64,000 nucleotides of DNA. Origin: a virus. Its lineage: Duplodnaviria > Heunggongvirae > Uroviricota > Caudoviricetes. A program made the position numbers and the translations under genes. The notes below the pieces were generated by a model. The model was not told the origin of the DNA and did not search any database. It worked only from the letters and a program-made list of their open reading frames with translations. This document shows positions 47,592 to 57,464 of this stretch, one piece after another; the stretch's first letter is position 1; each line of letters starts with the position of its first letter. The stretch is taken from IMG/VR virus record IMGVR_UViG_3300017650_000009, one strand, 5' to 3'.

Positions 47592-48707
47592 ATGAAACCT
47601 TTGGATTTCACAAAGTTCCGCAAGGACATTACAAAGTCACTCGATGGTATTTCGGTAGGATTTAACGATCCGAAGTATTGGGTTTCGACGGGAAATTACG
47701 CTCTTAACTACGCGATTAGCTCGGACTTCCTCAAGGGTATTCCTTTGGGTAAAGTAACAATGCTTGCGGGTCAGTCGGGTTCTGGTAAGTCTTACATTGC
47801 AAGTGGTAATCTTGCACGTAATGCACAAGAAGCCGGTTACTTCGTAGTATTGATTGATTCTGAAAACGCATTGGACTCGGATTGGCTCACTGCTCTTGGT
47901 GTATCCACGGCCGAAGACAAGCTTTTGAAGATTAACGTTGCTATGATTGATGACGTTGCTAAGATTATTAGTGACTTCATGAAGGACTTTAAGTCCACAT
48001 ACAAGGATACAGTACGCGAGGATCGTCCTAAGATTCTCTTTATTGTAGACTCACTTGGTATGCTCTTGACACCAACTGACGTTAACCAGTTTGAAGCTGG
48101 TGAAATGAAGGGCGACATGGGTCGTAAGCCAAAGGCACTTAACGCGCTTGTTCGTAACTGTGTCAACATGTTTGGTGAATGGGACGTTGGTCTCGTATGT
48201 ACGAACCACTCCTATGCGAGCCAGGACATGTTTGATCCAGACGACAAGATTACTGGTGGTCAGGGCTTCATTTACGCAAGTTCCATTGTTATGGCAATGC
48301 GTAAGCTCAAGCTTAAGGAAGACGAAAACGGCAATAAGGTTTCCGAAGTGCGTGGTATTCGTTCTCAGATTAAGATTATGAAGTCGCGTTATGCAAAGCC
48401 ATTCGAATCTGTGGAAGTAAAGATTCCATGGGATACTGGTATGGATCCTTATTCGGGACTTCTCGATATGTTCGAGGCGAAGCAGGTTGTTGTCAAGGAC
48501 GGCAATAAGCTCAAGTATGTCGCGCTTGATGGTACCGAACATAAGTATTTCCGTAAGCAATACAATAGCGAAATCCTTGATATGATTATGCTTGAGTTTC
48601 CAGAGCACGAACGCCGTAAGGAAGCTGCAGAAGCAGAAGCTCGCGCAGCAGAACTGGCCGCTCTCGAAGCAGAATCGATTGAAGAGGCGGAGCTTGGTGA
48701 GGAGTAA
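47592..48707 (+). CDS. uvsX: RecA-like recombinase UvsX
   Basis: STGNYALN, AGQSGSGKS, IDSENALD, VDSLGML, DMGRK.K, TNH.Y, GGQG..YASS. Confidence 0.92.
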   Translation: MKPLDFTKFRKDITKSLDGISVGFNDPKYWVSTGNYALNYAISSDFLKGIPLGKVTMLAGQSGSGKSYIASGNLARNAQEAGYFVVLIDSENALDSDWLTALGVSTAEDKLLKINVAMIDDVAKIISDFMKDFKSTYKDTVREDRPKILFIVDSLGMLLTPTDVNQFEAGEMKGDMGRKPKALNALVRNCVNMFGEWDVGLVCTNHSYASQDMFDPDDKITGGQGFIYASSIVMAMRKLKLKEDENGNKVSEVRGIRSQIKIMKSRYAKPFESVEVKIPWDTGMDPYSGLLDMFEAKQVVVKDGNKLKYVALDGTEHKYFRKQYNSEILDMIMLEFPEHERRKEAAEAEARAAELAALEAESIEEAELGEE

Positions 48708-48743
48708 AATCCTCACCATCGACTAAATACGCAAACAAGCGGG

Positions 48744-48778
48744 CAAAAGAGACATCAATTTCTGGATGTCTTTTTTGT
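48744..48778 (+). terminator. intrinsic terminator
   Basis: AAAAGAGACATC-loop-GATGTCTTTTTT. Confidence 0.65.
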
Positions 48779-48808
48779 TGAACTAAAAACAAAGATTGGG
48801 TTAAAAAC

Positions 48809-49051
48809 ATGGGCAGTGAAAGTGAACTAGTATTGGGTCTTTGGGAGACCTTTAGGGACGTGATCCCGGCGAGCAAACGTGAAGATGCCGCTACAAAGTT
48901 ATTGAAAGTATTGGGCGATTGGGGTATTGACCTCGAAGATATGGCCAATGAATTAAATGGCGAAGATACTTATTTGGACCGCGCTTTTGAGCATTATGTG
49001 GAATCCGATGAAAATAACGACGATGAAGGCTACTACGAAGAAGATTATTGA
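48809..49051 (+). CDS. hypothetical acidic protein
   Basis: 80-aa ORF between uvsX and uvsY. Confidence 0.7.
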   Translation: MGSESELVLGLWETFRDVIPASKREDAATKLLKVLGDWGIDLEDMANELNGEDTYLDRAFEHYVESDENNDDEGYYEEDY

Positions 49052-49101
49052 TTTTTCCTAACCACAACTGTTAGGTATTAACGATAATATGGAGTTTTAC
49101 A

Positions 49102-49572
49102 ATGAGTAAATGGTACGGCAAAATTACAGCCAACCCGAACGATATGACAACGTTCGTAGATGCTATTCTCTATTTCGAATCAGAACTAGAAGCAGCAAAA
49201 CGAGAAGTAAAGCTCCACGGTAGCGTTGAGAAAGCAAGTGCGCAACTCCCTGGTATCGTGGAACATAGATTCAATCAATACCAAGAGGTAGAAGCTATTC
49301 TACGATATCTCGAAATTCGCCATACACAAACTAAGTCCGCGGCATTCAAACGATACCTGGAGACTTATGCGCGATCACTTTCTAGCAGAGATGCTGAAAA
49401 ATATGCAGATGGTGATAAGGATGTGGTTGAATTTGCTATGCTTATTAACCAGATTGCTTTAGTACGAAACACCTACATGGGTGTTATGAAAGGACTAGAT
49501 TACAAGCATTGGCAGATTAATAATCTTGTTAAATTGAAGGTCGCCGGTATGGAGGACTTCGAAGTAAACTAA
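49102..49572 (+). CDS. uvsY: recombination mediator UvsY-like
   Basis: LPGIVEHRFNQ.QE.EAIL.YL, LSSRDAEKY.DG, KGLD.K.WQ..N.VKL..AGMED; position after uvsX. Confidence 0.75.
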   Translation: MSKWYGKITANPNDMTTFVDAILYFESELEAAKREVKLHGSVEKASAQLPGIVEHRFNQYQEVEAILRYLEIRHTQTKSAAFKRYLETYARSLSSRDAEKYADGDKDVVEFAMLINQIALVRNTYMGVMKGLDYKHWQINNLVKLKVAGMEDFEVN

Positions 49573-49582
49573 CCAATTCTGG

Positions 49583-49610
49583 TTGACATTGGGCGTTCCT
49601 ATGTTATATT
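49583..49610 (+). promoter_or_regulatory. sigma70-type promoter
   Basis: TTGACA-N16-TATATT with TG extension. Confidence 0.6.
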
Positions 49611-49644
49611 GGTGTTAACTCCAATAGCAAGGGACGCCCAAATC

Positions 49645-50427
49645 ATGGTAGACATTAAGGAAATCAAAGCACGTTTTGATATGCTTGGTGAACTCGTGCA
49701 AGGCGCGATTGCTGGCCGTATTAGGGGTCTTGTCGTTGCTGGCGCTCCTGGCATCGGTAAATCCTATGGTATCGAACAAGCTCTAAAGGCTGAAGAACCA
49801 AAACAAAATGATGATCCACTTCATTACAATTTTACATTCCAGAATAACTTTCGGTTTGTGAAAGGTCATTCGTCGGCCGCAGGTCTATATGAGCTACTAT
49901 ATGAGTTCCGGGATGAAAATGCTGTACTCGCACTCGATGATTGTGATAGTATTTTCCAGGACAAAATCGGGCTTAATATTCTGAAGGCTGCACTCGATAC
50001 AACCGCAAGGCGTGTAATTAGCTGGCAAACCGCTGGCAACCAAATTAACGCACCGAAGTCCTTCGAGTTTAAGGGCTCACTCATATTCATAACAAACCTC
50101 AACTTTCATGAAATGGTACAGGCTCGGCGTAGTGAGTTGGTACCGCACCTGGAGGCCATATTAGATCGTTGTTTTTATATGGATCTTGGTTTGGAATCAT
50201 ATGATGAGAAATTTGCATGGGTCAAGTATTTGTCCAAAGACATGCAAATGCTTTCAAAACGTGGATTCACAACCAATGAAATTGATGATATATTGGAATT
50301 CATACGTGAAAAGGCAGGTACTCGTACTAGGCTAATAAGCCTGCGTAAGGTGCAGCAGGTAGCCGATGTTTTCCGTACTGCAAAAACTGACTGGCGAGTA
50401 ATGGCCCTATACACAGTTCTTGTGTAA
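49645..50427 (+). CDS. AAA+ family ATPase
   Basis: GAPGIGKS Walker A, LALDDCD Walker B, LKAALD, IFITN. Confidence 0.8.
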   Translation: MVDIKEIKARFDMLGELVQGAIAGRIRGLVVAGAPGIGKSYGIEQALKAEEPKQNDDPLHYNFTFQNNFRFVKGHSSAAGLYELLYEFRDENAVLALDDCDSIFQDKIGLNILKAALDTTARRVISWQTAGNQINAPKSFEFKGSLIFITNLNFHEMVQARRSELVPHLEAILDRCFYMDLGLESYDEKFAWVKYLSKDMQMLSKRGFTTNEIDDILEFIREKAGTRTRLISLRKVQQVADVFRTAKTDWRVMALYTVLV

Positions 50428-50490
50428 ATGAATATTGACTCCTACGATTACGGCATGTTACCGATGTCGTAATCGCCAAGGAGTAAACCA

Positions 50491-51159
50491 TTGAGATATA
50501 TTGAAGATTGCTTAGAACGACTCGATACAATTTTGATGTCGTATCCAGTAATTACCCCACCTGGATATATTCATCCAACAAAAATTGTGAGTCCATGGGA
50601 TCAGAAATTCATAAGTGATGTTTCGACGCATACTCAGCAAGGTTCCGCTCTTAGTACGGCTCAATCAGCAATCGTATTGAAAATCCTACAAAAGTATTTG
50701 GGAGTTTTTAATGCGAAACATTCCACTGAAGTGCAACAGATTTTGCATTCTCCAATTTACCGCAAACCTCTATTCGAGTCACAAAGTTTTCCACGAGAAG
50801 TCCGTTGGGCAGGTGGCGGTACACTTTTATTCCGTTTCAAATTCAACGCACAGATTTCGGTTGATCTTCGCAACCTTAATAGTTCGTTGCCTGAGTTGTC
50901 TCCTCCACATTTGGTTCATCCCTATAAGCTTTGGAAGATTAATGTTGATAATTCAAATCATAAAGAAGTTATGAGCATCATCAAGCGTCATAATTTTGAG
51001 TTTGATGATGAAGTATTAGAGTTCTTCATGCATGTGACAAATAATCTGGACAATCCAACAAGCCTTAGGATAACAGATGACGAGATACAGGTCGACGTCA
51101 ATAATGATATTTTGACAACGATTTGGTTTGATGAAATGGAATGGCTCAAGAATGTATAA
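50491..51159 (+). CDS. hypothetical protein resembling the N-terminal part of phage SNF2-type helicases
   Basis: D..F..DV.......LS.AQ..IV.KIL.KY segment; directly upstream of the degenerate helicase. Confidence 0.5.
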   Translation: MRYIEDCLERLDTILMSYPVITPPGYIHPTKIVSPWDQKFISDVSTHTQQGSALSTAQSAIVLKILQKYLGVFNAKHSTEVQQILHSPIYRKPLFESQSFPREVRWAGGGTLLFRFKFNAQISVDLRNLNSSLPELSPPHLVHPYKLWKINVDNSNHKEVMSIIKRHNFEFDDEVLEFFMHVTNNLDNPTSLRITDDEIQVDVNNDILTTIWFDEMEWLKNV

Positions 51160-52645
51160 TCGCGTAACATTGCCCAAGGATCCAAAGTGGGCTCGACATA
51201 TTTTGCGTTGGTCGAAATTGGTCAATATGGGCCCAACAAATCAATTGGAGGAATTGGCAAAGATTCGATCATTTACTGAATCTGATTTACCAAGCACATT
51301 GAAGTTATCACAGGCCGAGCAAAATGCTCTTCAATACATGTTGGATTGGAATGGTCGGTGTTTGATGTTGTCTCCGCAAGAACTATCTTTGACCCGGCAT
51401 GTGGTTCTTATGGGAATAAAGCTATTGGGGTCAAAACGAGTTCTCATTACATCGAAACGTGACCAACGGCTTGAAGACTGGCATAGCATTATCAAGCAAT
51501 TATTCCCTGATGCTGCAATTCATTTCGAAGGTAAGCCTGATCTCAAACAAGGTAATCCAGAGCAAGCAGACCTGTTCTTTTATTTGATTCGGAATAATTC
51601 CATCGCACGTTCCAAATGCGTCCAGCAAAACAAATTTGATCACTATGTGAGTGATGATGATGATTTCAGTGTGAATTATGATTTCTCCGAACATCATGAT
51701 GGATTAGCATCGGAATTTATGAGGACGACATTGGTGGGTTCAGTACCACAGTTCTGGATTAATCCAAGTGACACTCGAAGTGATATAATATTGGGCAACA
51801 TCTTTATGCGTTTACAGCAGACGCTTAAGGTATCTCCTAATATTTCCAAATACTTGCATTCGTATGCAAATATGGAAATCACATCATATTTGAAAGTACG
51901 TGGTGGAAAATATAATCTAGTATCATTAATGGAATCGATTGGTGTATGTACGAGTACAACTATTGGTGAGGAATCACAACATTACTTGATGTTGTCCTCT
52001 AGTGATATGCTTGTTACTGAAATTGGCGATCATAGTAAACGCAGATCAGAAGTGGTATTGCGATATAAACGTAAAGAGGAAGCAGTCATAGAAGCTCTAG
52101 GAAGCTCAATGGCTGAGGTTGTTACACTCGCTATGCAAGGTTCGTCCGAACATATAGACGCGCTGGAGCAACTTAAAACGACAGAATGGGCAAAGATTAA
52201 GACGCAAATGTTTCATAAACATCTAATGGCGTCTAGAGGGACTAACCCAAAGACTATTATTCTTGCTAATAACACTGCTTTGCGTCGTAGTTTGATCATT
52301 AGTTCGTTGGCTATTGAATTTGATCGGACTAAACCGGAAAGAGAACAGCAGGAAGTCCTATCCAATTTTGCATTTCCTAGTCCATCATATCGGGAATTTG
52401 AACTAATTCCCGATACATTCAAGAATAGAAGTTGTCCTACTATCATCATGCGTGATATAACAGAGTTGGATGTTCGAATCCTAACTGCGGTTGATCGTAT
52501 GATTATAGCTGAGTACGGTTATAGTCGAGCGGATATCGATGATCTCATTACGCTATCAAAGATATATGGTTTCAGGCTTATTTTTGGAACAATGCGCGGA
52601 ACGTTCGAGGATGAACTATCGGACAACCTATTGAAACCATTGTGA
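51152..52645 (+). CDS. degenerate SF2/SNF2-like helicase-fold protein
   Basis: spacing of Q-motif, GRCLM, RVLI, W...I..LFP, FDHYVSDD matches SNF2, but Walker A/DExH residues are absent. Confidence 0.5.
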   Translation: MYNRVTLPKDPKWARHILRWSKLVNMGPTNQLEELAKIRSFTESDLPSTLKLSQAEQNALQYMLDWNGRCLMLSPQELSLTRHVVLMGIKLLGSKRVLITSKRDQRLEDWHSIIKQLFPDAAIHFEGKPDLKQGNPEQADLFFYLIRNNSIARSKCVQQNKFDHYVSDDDDFSVNYDFSEHHDGLASEFMRTTLVGSVPQFWINPSDTRSDIILGNIFMRLQQTLKVSPNISKYLHSYANMEITSYLKVRGGKYNLVSLMESIGVCTSTTIGEESQHYLMLSSSDMLVTEIGDHSKRRSEVVLRYKRKEEAVIEALGSSMAEVVTLAMQGSSEHIDALEQLKTTEWAKIKTQMFHKHLMASRGTNPKTIILANNTALRRSLIISSLAIEFDRTKPEREQQEVLSNFAFPSPSYREFELIPDTFKNRSCPTIIMRDITELDVRILTAVDRMIIAEYGYSRADIDDLITLSKIYGFRLIFGTMRGTFEDELSDNLLKPL

Positions 52646-52756
52646 TTTTTCCATAAACAAATTGACTTTGGCGGCCTATATCCGTTAAATTGGATATAAG
52701 GTCGTCCTATATTAGACGACATGACCTATAACAAAAAATAATAAAAAAGGTCTATC

Positions 52757-54262
52757 GTGAAAAAATGTACTTTGAAAATCCATGATGAGGTTAATGCCTC
52801 ATTCATAAACTTGGAACCGCTTGTGCGTCGTAAATGTAATGATGCACTCAAGCACTTCTTACCACATGCTCGTCACATGCCAGCCTTTAAACTTGGACAT
52901 TGGGACGGCACTGTAAGTTTGTTCGCAGTCAATGGTAATACCTACGTTAACATGCTTGATCGTGTTTTGCCGATCATCATTGAGAGTGGGTATGAAATTG
53001 ATATTGAAGATGATCGCGTACCACGCACATTTGAATTTCCTGATGTAGACGAGAATTACATTGTTGATTTTATGCCCAATGCAGTTTGGCCGAAGGGCCA
53101 TCCAGCTGAAGGTGAAAAGATCATGCTTCGTGATTATCAAGTTCAAATCATCAAGACATTCATTGAAAATCCTCAAGCACTACAAGAGATTGCAACGGGC
53201 GCGGGTAAAACGCTTCTTACAGCAAGCCTTTCGCATTTGTGTGAGGGATATGGCCGAACACTCGTTATTGTCCCAAATAAAAGTCTAGTTGAACAAACAG
53301 AAAAAGACTACAAGAATTTGGGTCTCGATGTTGGTGTCTATTACGGTGATCGCAAAGATATCGGGAAGACTCATACGATTTGTACTTGGCAATCACTTGA
53401 TCGTATTGCTAAGGGTAGCTCAGCGAAAACAAAAACTAGTGTTGTTGATTTTGCCGACTTCATCGATGGTGTTGTTTGTATTATGATTGACGAAGCACAC
53501 CAAGCAAAAGCTGAAGTGCTCAAGAACATGATGACAGGTGCATTTGCAAATATTCCAATTCGTTGGGGACTCACGGGCACCATTCCCAAGGAAGCCCATG
53601 CTGCGGATGTTATCCTGAGTTCGATTGGACCAGTTGTTAATAAACTGGCTGCAAAGGAACTTATGGATCGCGGTGTGCTCGCCGAGTGTCACGTTGATCT
53701 ATTACAGATGATTGATCATGCTGAATTTGCAAATTTCCATGAGGAATATGAATTCCTAGTCACAGACCGTACTAAGCTGGAATGGATGGCTGGATTTGCT
53801 CAGAAACTAAGGCTTGAAGGAAATACTTTGATTCTTGTTAACCGTGTTAGTACGGGTAAAGAACTACAAAGCATGATTCCTGATTCAGAATTCATCAGTG
53901 GCGGCGTTAAGAGTGCTGAACGTAACGAAACATACGATGATGCCGCAACAAAGAACAATATGGCGATCATTGCCACATATGGTGTTGCGGCCGTTGGTAT
54001 TAATATCCCACGTATCTTTAACTTGGTTCTTGTCGAGCCTGGCAAATCGTTTGTCCGCGTTATTCAAAGTATTGGTCGCGGCATTCGTAAAGCCAAGGAC
54101 AAATCATTTGTTCAGATTTATGATATCTCGAGCACATGTAAATTCAGTAATGCTCACTTAACCAAGCGAAAGTCCTTTTACAAAGATGCACAATACCCAC
54201 ACAAGGTGACGAAGGTCAACTATTTGCAGGGTGAGTTGCTCTCAGGAACAGATGAAAAATGA
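52757..54262 (+). CDS. uvsW: DNA helicase UvsW
   Basis: LRDYQ, ATGAGKT, IDEAH, GLTGT, GINIP, QSIGRG.R. Confidence 0.92.
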   Translation: MKKCTLKIHDEVNASFINLEPLVRRKCNDALKHFLPHARHMPAFKLGHWDGTVSLFAVNGNTYVNMLDRVLPIIIESGYEIDIEDDRVPRTFEFPDVDENYIVDFMPNAVWPKGHPAEGEKIMLRDYQVQIIKTFIENPQALQEIATGAGKTLLTASLSHLCEGYGRTLVIVPNKSLVEQTEKDYKNLGLDVGVYYGDRKDIGKTHTICTWQSLDRIAKGSSAKTKTSVVDFADFIDGVVCIMIDEAHQAKAEVLKNMMTGAFANIPIRWGLTGTIPKEAHAADVILSSIGPVVNKLAAKELMDRGVLAECHVDLLQMIDHAEFANFHEEYEFLVTDRTKLEWMAGFAQKLRLEGNTLILVNRVSTGKELQSMIPDSEFISGGVKSAERNETYDDAATKNNMAIIATYGVAAVGINIPRIFNLVLVEPGKSFVRVIQSIGRGIRKAKDKSFVQIYDISSTCKFSNAHLTKRKSFYKDAQYPHKVTKVNYLQGELLSGTDEK

Positions 54263-54759
54263 AAATTTTAACCGTAGACAACAAGCCCTTTTCGATGAAC
54301 GACGTGCCGGACGAAGTTGATGATATCCGTTATTGCGTTTTGGATTATACCGATTCAAATAATGTGGATTATATTTTCATTCCATTGATGTTTTTGGAAA
54401 GCTTTAATAAGAGTTCAGTTGATCTTCGCATAGGCGAATATAGAATTCAAATGCCAAGTGATTGGTCCATCGTAATCGGAGATAAGCATTCGGGTGAATT
54501 GGAAGTCATCAGTTTAAAGCAATTGAATGATAGAGAATTCGATGCGTTTGCAATTAACCCAATTAGCGGATATATGCCGGAGTTTCTGGACATTGAGATT
54601 ATGAATGTATTTCCCGATGTGAAATGGTATTTCCCAAAACTAAAATACGGACATATTCTAGCTGTTCCTTTGTCTCACAAGGACAAGTCTACTTGTGCAT
54701 TCTTTGTTAAGGATGTGAACAAGATTCCCGAAACACTTGATATCACACAGATGGTTTGA
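54259..54759 (+). CDS. conserved hypothetical protein coupled to uvsW
   Basis: ATGA overlap; 166 aa. Confidence 0.75.
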   Translation: MKILTVDNKPFSMNDVPDEVDDIRYCVLDYTDSNNVDYIFIPLMFLESFNKSSVDLRIGEYRIQMPSDWSIVIGDKHSGELEVISLKQLNDREFDAFAINPISGYMPEFLDIEIMNVFPDVKWYFPKLKYGHILAVPLSHKDKSTCAFFVKDVNKIPETLDITQMV

Positions 54760-54762
54760 TAC

Positions 54763-54975
54763 ATGAACGTAAAATTTCACTTTGATAATGACATTTCAAC
54801 TGAGTATGAAGAACTTGAAGTTGATTATCCTGCGGGGGCAATGATCCCCCGTAAGGGTGAAATCGTCCTACACGTTAGTCCAGCGCTAGGTGAAGAACGC
54901 CAGTATGAAATTAATACTGTAATGCATGATTACTTGGTTCCAGGTGAAGTCCTAATCTATGCGAGACTGAAATGA
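54763..54975 (+). CDS. hypothetical protein
   Basis: 70-aa ORF within the operon. Confidence 0.6.
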   Translation: MNVKFHFDNDISTEYEELEVDYPAGAMIPRKGEIVLHVSPALGEERQYEINTVMHDYLVPGEVLIYARLK

Positions 54976-55247
54976 CAACATTATTCTTGAGTCTGAAAGC
55001 CGAATATTTCGATGCAATTCGTGATGGCACGAAGACTCAAGAATATCGTGAGATAACTCCGTATTGGACCAAACGTATCGTCGGCCGCACATACACGGAT
55101 ATAGTCCTGACCAAGGGTTACCCGAGAGCCGACGATATGGATCGAAGAATCCGCAAACCTTGGCGCGGTTATACAACGGGAACTATTGTTCATCCCCATT
55201 TTGGAAATCAGGAAATAAAAGTTTTTATTATCGACGTTAGTGGTTGA
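54972..55247 (+). CDS. ASCH-domain protein
   Basis: LSLKAEYFDAIRDGTKTQEYR, GYP. Confidence 0.8.
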   Translation: MTTLFLSLKAEYFDAIRDGTKTQEYREITPYWTKRIVGRTYTDIVLTKGYPRADDMDRRIRKPWRGYTTGTIVHPHFGNQEIKVFIIDVSG

Positions 55248-55271
55248 CAGGCTTCCTGTTTGTGTTATGTT
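55244..55271 (+). promoter_or_regulatory. sigma70-type promoter
   Basis: TTGACA-N16-TATGTT with TG extension. Confidence 0.55.
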
Positions 55272-55300
55272 TGATATAACAAAGCACAAGGAGATCGAAA

Positions 55301-55657
55301 ATGACTGTTTACAAATGCCCAGAAGCAGTTCAGTTTGTGCATACGGATTGGTGTAACCTTGATGTTAAGGTTGAACAAAATCGCATTCTCAATCACAAAG
55401 CTTCTCTTTTGACCTGGCTACAATCAAACGGGTATAAGGGAAAGCTAACGGGCGAAGTTGTTCGTTTTTCAGTCGCAGATGGTTATGCCGAATATATGGT
55501 TGCCGATAAGGGTCGTTCATGCGATCTGATTCACCTGCCATATTGGGATGCGTACCAGCTCCCATATGCACACCGTCTTACCCGCAAGGATATCATCCAA
55601 GCCATCGAAGTTGAAAAGGCATTTAACAACGCCTTGAAAAATCAGGGAGATCGATAA
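55301..55657 (+). CDS. hypothetical protein
   Basis: AGGAG RBS; 118 aa. Confidence 0.75.
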   Translation: MTVYKCPEAVQFVHTDWCNLDVKVEQNRILNHKASLLTWLQSNGYKGKLTGEVVRFSVADGYAEYMVADKGRSCDLIHLPYWDAYQLPYAHRLTRKDIIQAIEVEKAFNNALKNQGDR

Positions 55658-55839
55658 TGAGAACTTTCAAGCGCACCGAAACACGCAAGGGCTTTGAGGA
55701 ACAGGAATGCTGGAATGCCGGCTATACGTTTCGAACGAATGTGTTCAATATGGTTCCCGATTTGGGCCCTTGCTATGCTTGGGATGAAGAAACCAAAACT
55801 CGGCATGATATGTCCTCGCTTGTGCCAGTGGAGGCATAA
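55657..55839 (+). CDS. hypothetical protein
   Basis: TAATG coupling at both ends. Confidence 0.6.
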   Translation: MRTFKRTETRKGFEEQECWNAGYTFRTNVFNMVPDLGPCYAWDEETKTRHDMSSLVPVEA

Positions 55840-56387
55840 TGAATGTCTCCGAATATCTAGCCCTCGAGGGGATTCATACGGAACGCAATTTGAGTTATTT
55901 ACCTCAGCCAAATGTTGCTGATGTTGTGATCACTCCACTGGAGGCTCCGCACGAGTTAATCCCCACTGCATTCTGTTTTGCGTTTCGTTGTGACGGTTCT
56001 ATCCTCATGGCTCAAAACACCAGACGTGGACTGGAAGTTCCTGGTGGCCATCGCGAGATCATCGACGGAATACTTGAAACCCCATATGAAACTGCAAAGC
56101 GTGAGACACTTGAGGAAATCGGTGCATTCATGAGCGACCTCAATGCTGTGGGCTTCATGCGCAGCACATGCTTGGGTTCAAAGCCGGACGGATACGATTA
56201 TCCGTATCCCTATTCGTGCCAGCAGTTTTATGTTGGTCGTGTTACTTGGAACTTTGAATTCACCGTTACGGATGAATGCTTTGAACCAGTGTGGGTAAGC
56301 CGGGATCAGATTGAGCAACACTTGAGCGGGCGGAGTCTTGAGCTATATTATGCCGCATATAATTGGTTCATGACAAACGAAATTTAA
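55839..56387 (+). CDS. Nudix hydrolase
   Basis: GLEVPGGHRE....ETPYETAKRETLEEIG. Confidence 0.85.
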   Translation: MNVSEYLALEGIHTERNLSYLPQPNVADVVITPLEAPHELIPTAFCFAFRCDGSILMAQNTRRGLEVPGGHREIIDGILETPYETAKRETLEEIGAFMSDLNAVGFMRSTCLGSKPDGYDYPYPYSCQQFYVGRVTWNFEFTVTDECFEPVWVSRDQIEQHLSGRSLELYYAAYNWFMTNEI

Positions 56388-56390
56388 GTC

Positions 56391-56424
56391 ACAAAAAACC
56401 CCGGAATGATCCGGGGTTCTTTAT
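56391..56424. terminator. bidirectional terminator between convergent genes
   Basis: AAAAAACCCCGGA-atga-TCCGGGGTTCTTT. Confidence 0.8.
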
Positions 56425-56429
56425 TCGTA

Positions 56430-57389
56430 TTAGAGAGTGAACGCTTCCTGCAATACTGGAATCATACGGTTAGTACCGTAGAACTTCTTACCAGAAAGAG
56501 CATTACGACCTTCAAGAATGTATTCGTACATTTCGTCGGTTACTTCGTCTGCTTCAATCATATCAGCGAACTGCTTGAATACGACTGTGAAATCTTCTGT
56601 TTCTAGTTCAGTACCACGTGCTTCAGCAGCGGCAACACCAGAAGCCTTAAGATCAGCGATCATGGACTGACGGTTTTCACTTACATAACCGACTGTTGCT
56701 TCATAGGAAGCCTTAAGAGCAGCTACAGTCTTAGCAGCATCAGCACCCTTAATGAGCGCCTGCTTGTTTGATTCTGTATTTGTATGAAGCAATACGGCTG
56801 CCTGTAGAGCTTCCATATCTGTGAATGGACCATAAAGTGCTGCCCATTCAGCAACACCCTCACCAACCGCAGCCATACGGCTTGATGGAGTTAGTTCTTC
56901 GAACTTCTCTAGTGTAGGTGTGTCCATGAAACGAGCAGGGTCAGCTTCAATTATTGCAAGAACTTCTGCACCATCAGTAGCTTGGTTGATATCTTCAACT
57001 AGCTCTTCATCAGTTGCGCTTGTAGAGTCAGCAAGTGGAAGATCAGCTTCGCCTTCAACAGCCGCAGCTTCGCGAGACCACTTGTAATTATTGCGTTCCC
57101 AAGTCGTAACAGTACGGTTGTAGATGATACGAGCAAATTCATCAGCGCCATTGAAAGGCTTAACTGTTACAGTTGCTTCGCCAGCCTTTGCAGGTGCCTG
57201 GCCAACCAAACGAACTACTCCAACCTTAGCACCATTGGTGACCTGGAAACGGCCAGTGCCAACCTGACGAACAATCCAAAAACCAGTTTCTGGACCTGTG
57301 GAGTCATCGAGCCAAACAGCATCGAGGACGAGGAGTTTCTGACCAGCTTCTGGCTGACCGAAGAAACTCTTTTTAAGTGGACGACCCAT
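56430..57389 (-). CDS. putative virion structural protein
   Basis: MGRPLKKSFFG N-terminus; late promoter at 57422-57427 on the minus strand. Confidence 0.7.
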   Translation of the reverse strand: MGRPLKKSFFGQPEAGQKLLVLDAVWLDDSTGPETGFWIVRQVGTGRFQVTNGAKVGVVRLVGQAPAKAGEATVTVKPFNGADEFARIIYNRTVTTWERNNYKWSREAAAVEGEADLPLADSTSATDEELVEDINQATDGAEVLAIIEADPARFMDTPTLEKFEELTPSSRMAAVGEGVAEWAALYGPFTDMEALQAAVLLHTNTESNKQALIKGADAAKTVAALKASYEATVGYVSENRQSMIADLKASGVAAAEARGTELETEDFTVVFKQFADMIEADEVTDEMYEYILEGRNALSGKKFYGTNRMIPVLQEAFTL

Positions 57390-57464
57390 AATATATCTCC
57401 TAGTTAGGGGGTTTCTGCCTGTATTTATTATGTAAAGTAAATAAGCTTTATTAAGAGGTTCGAT

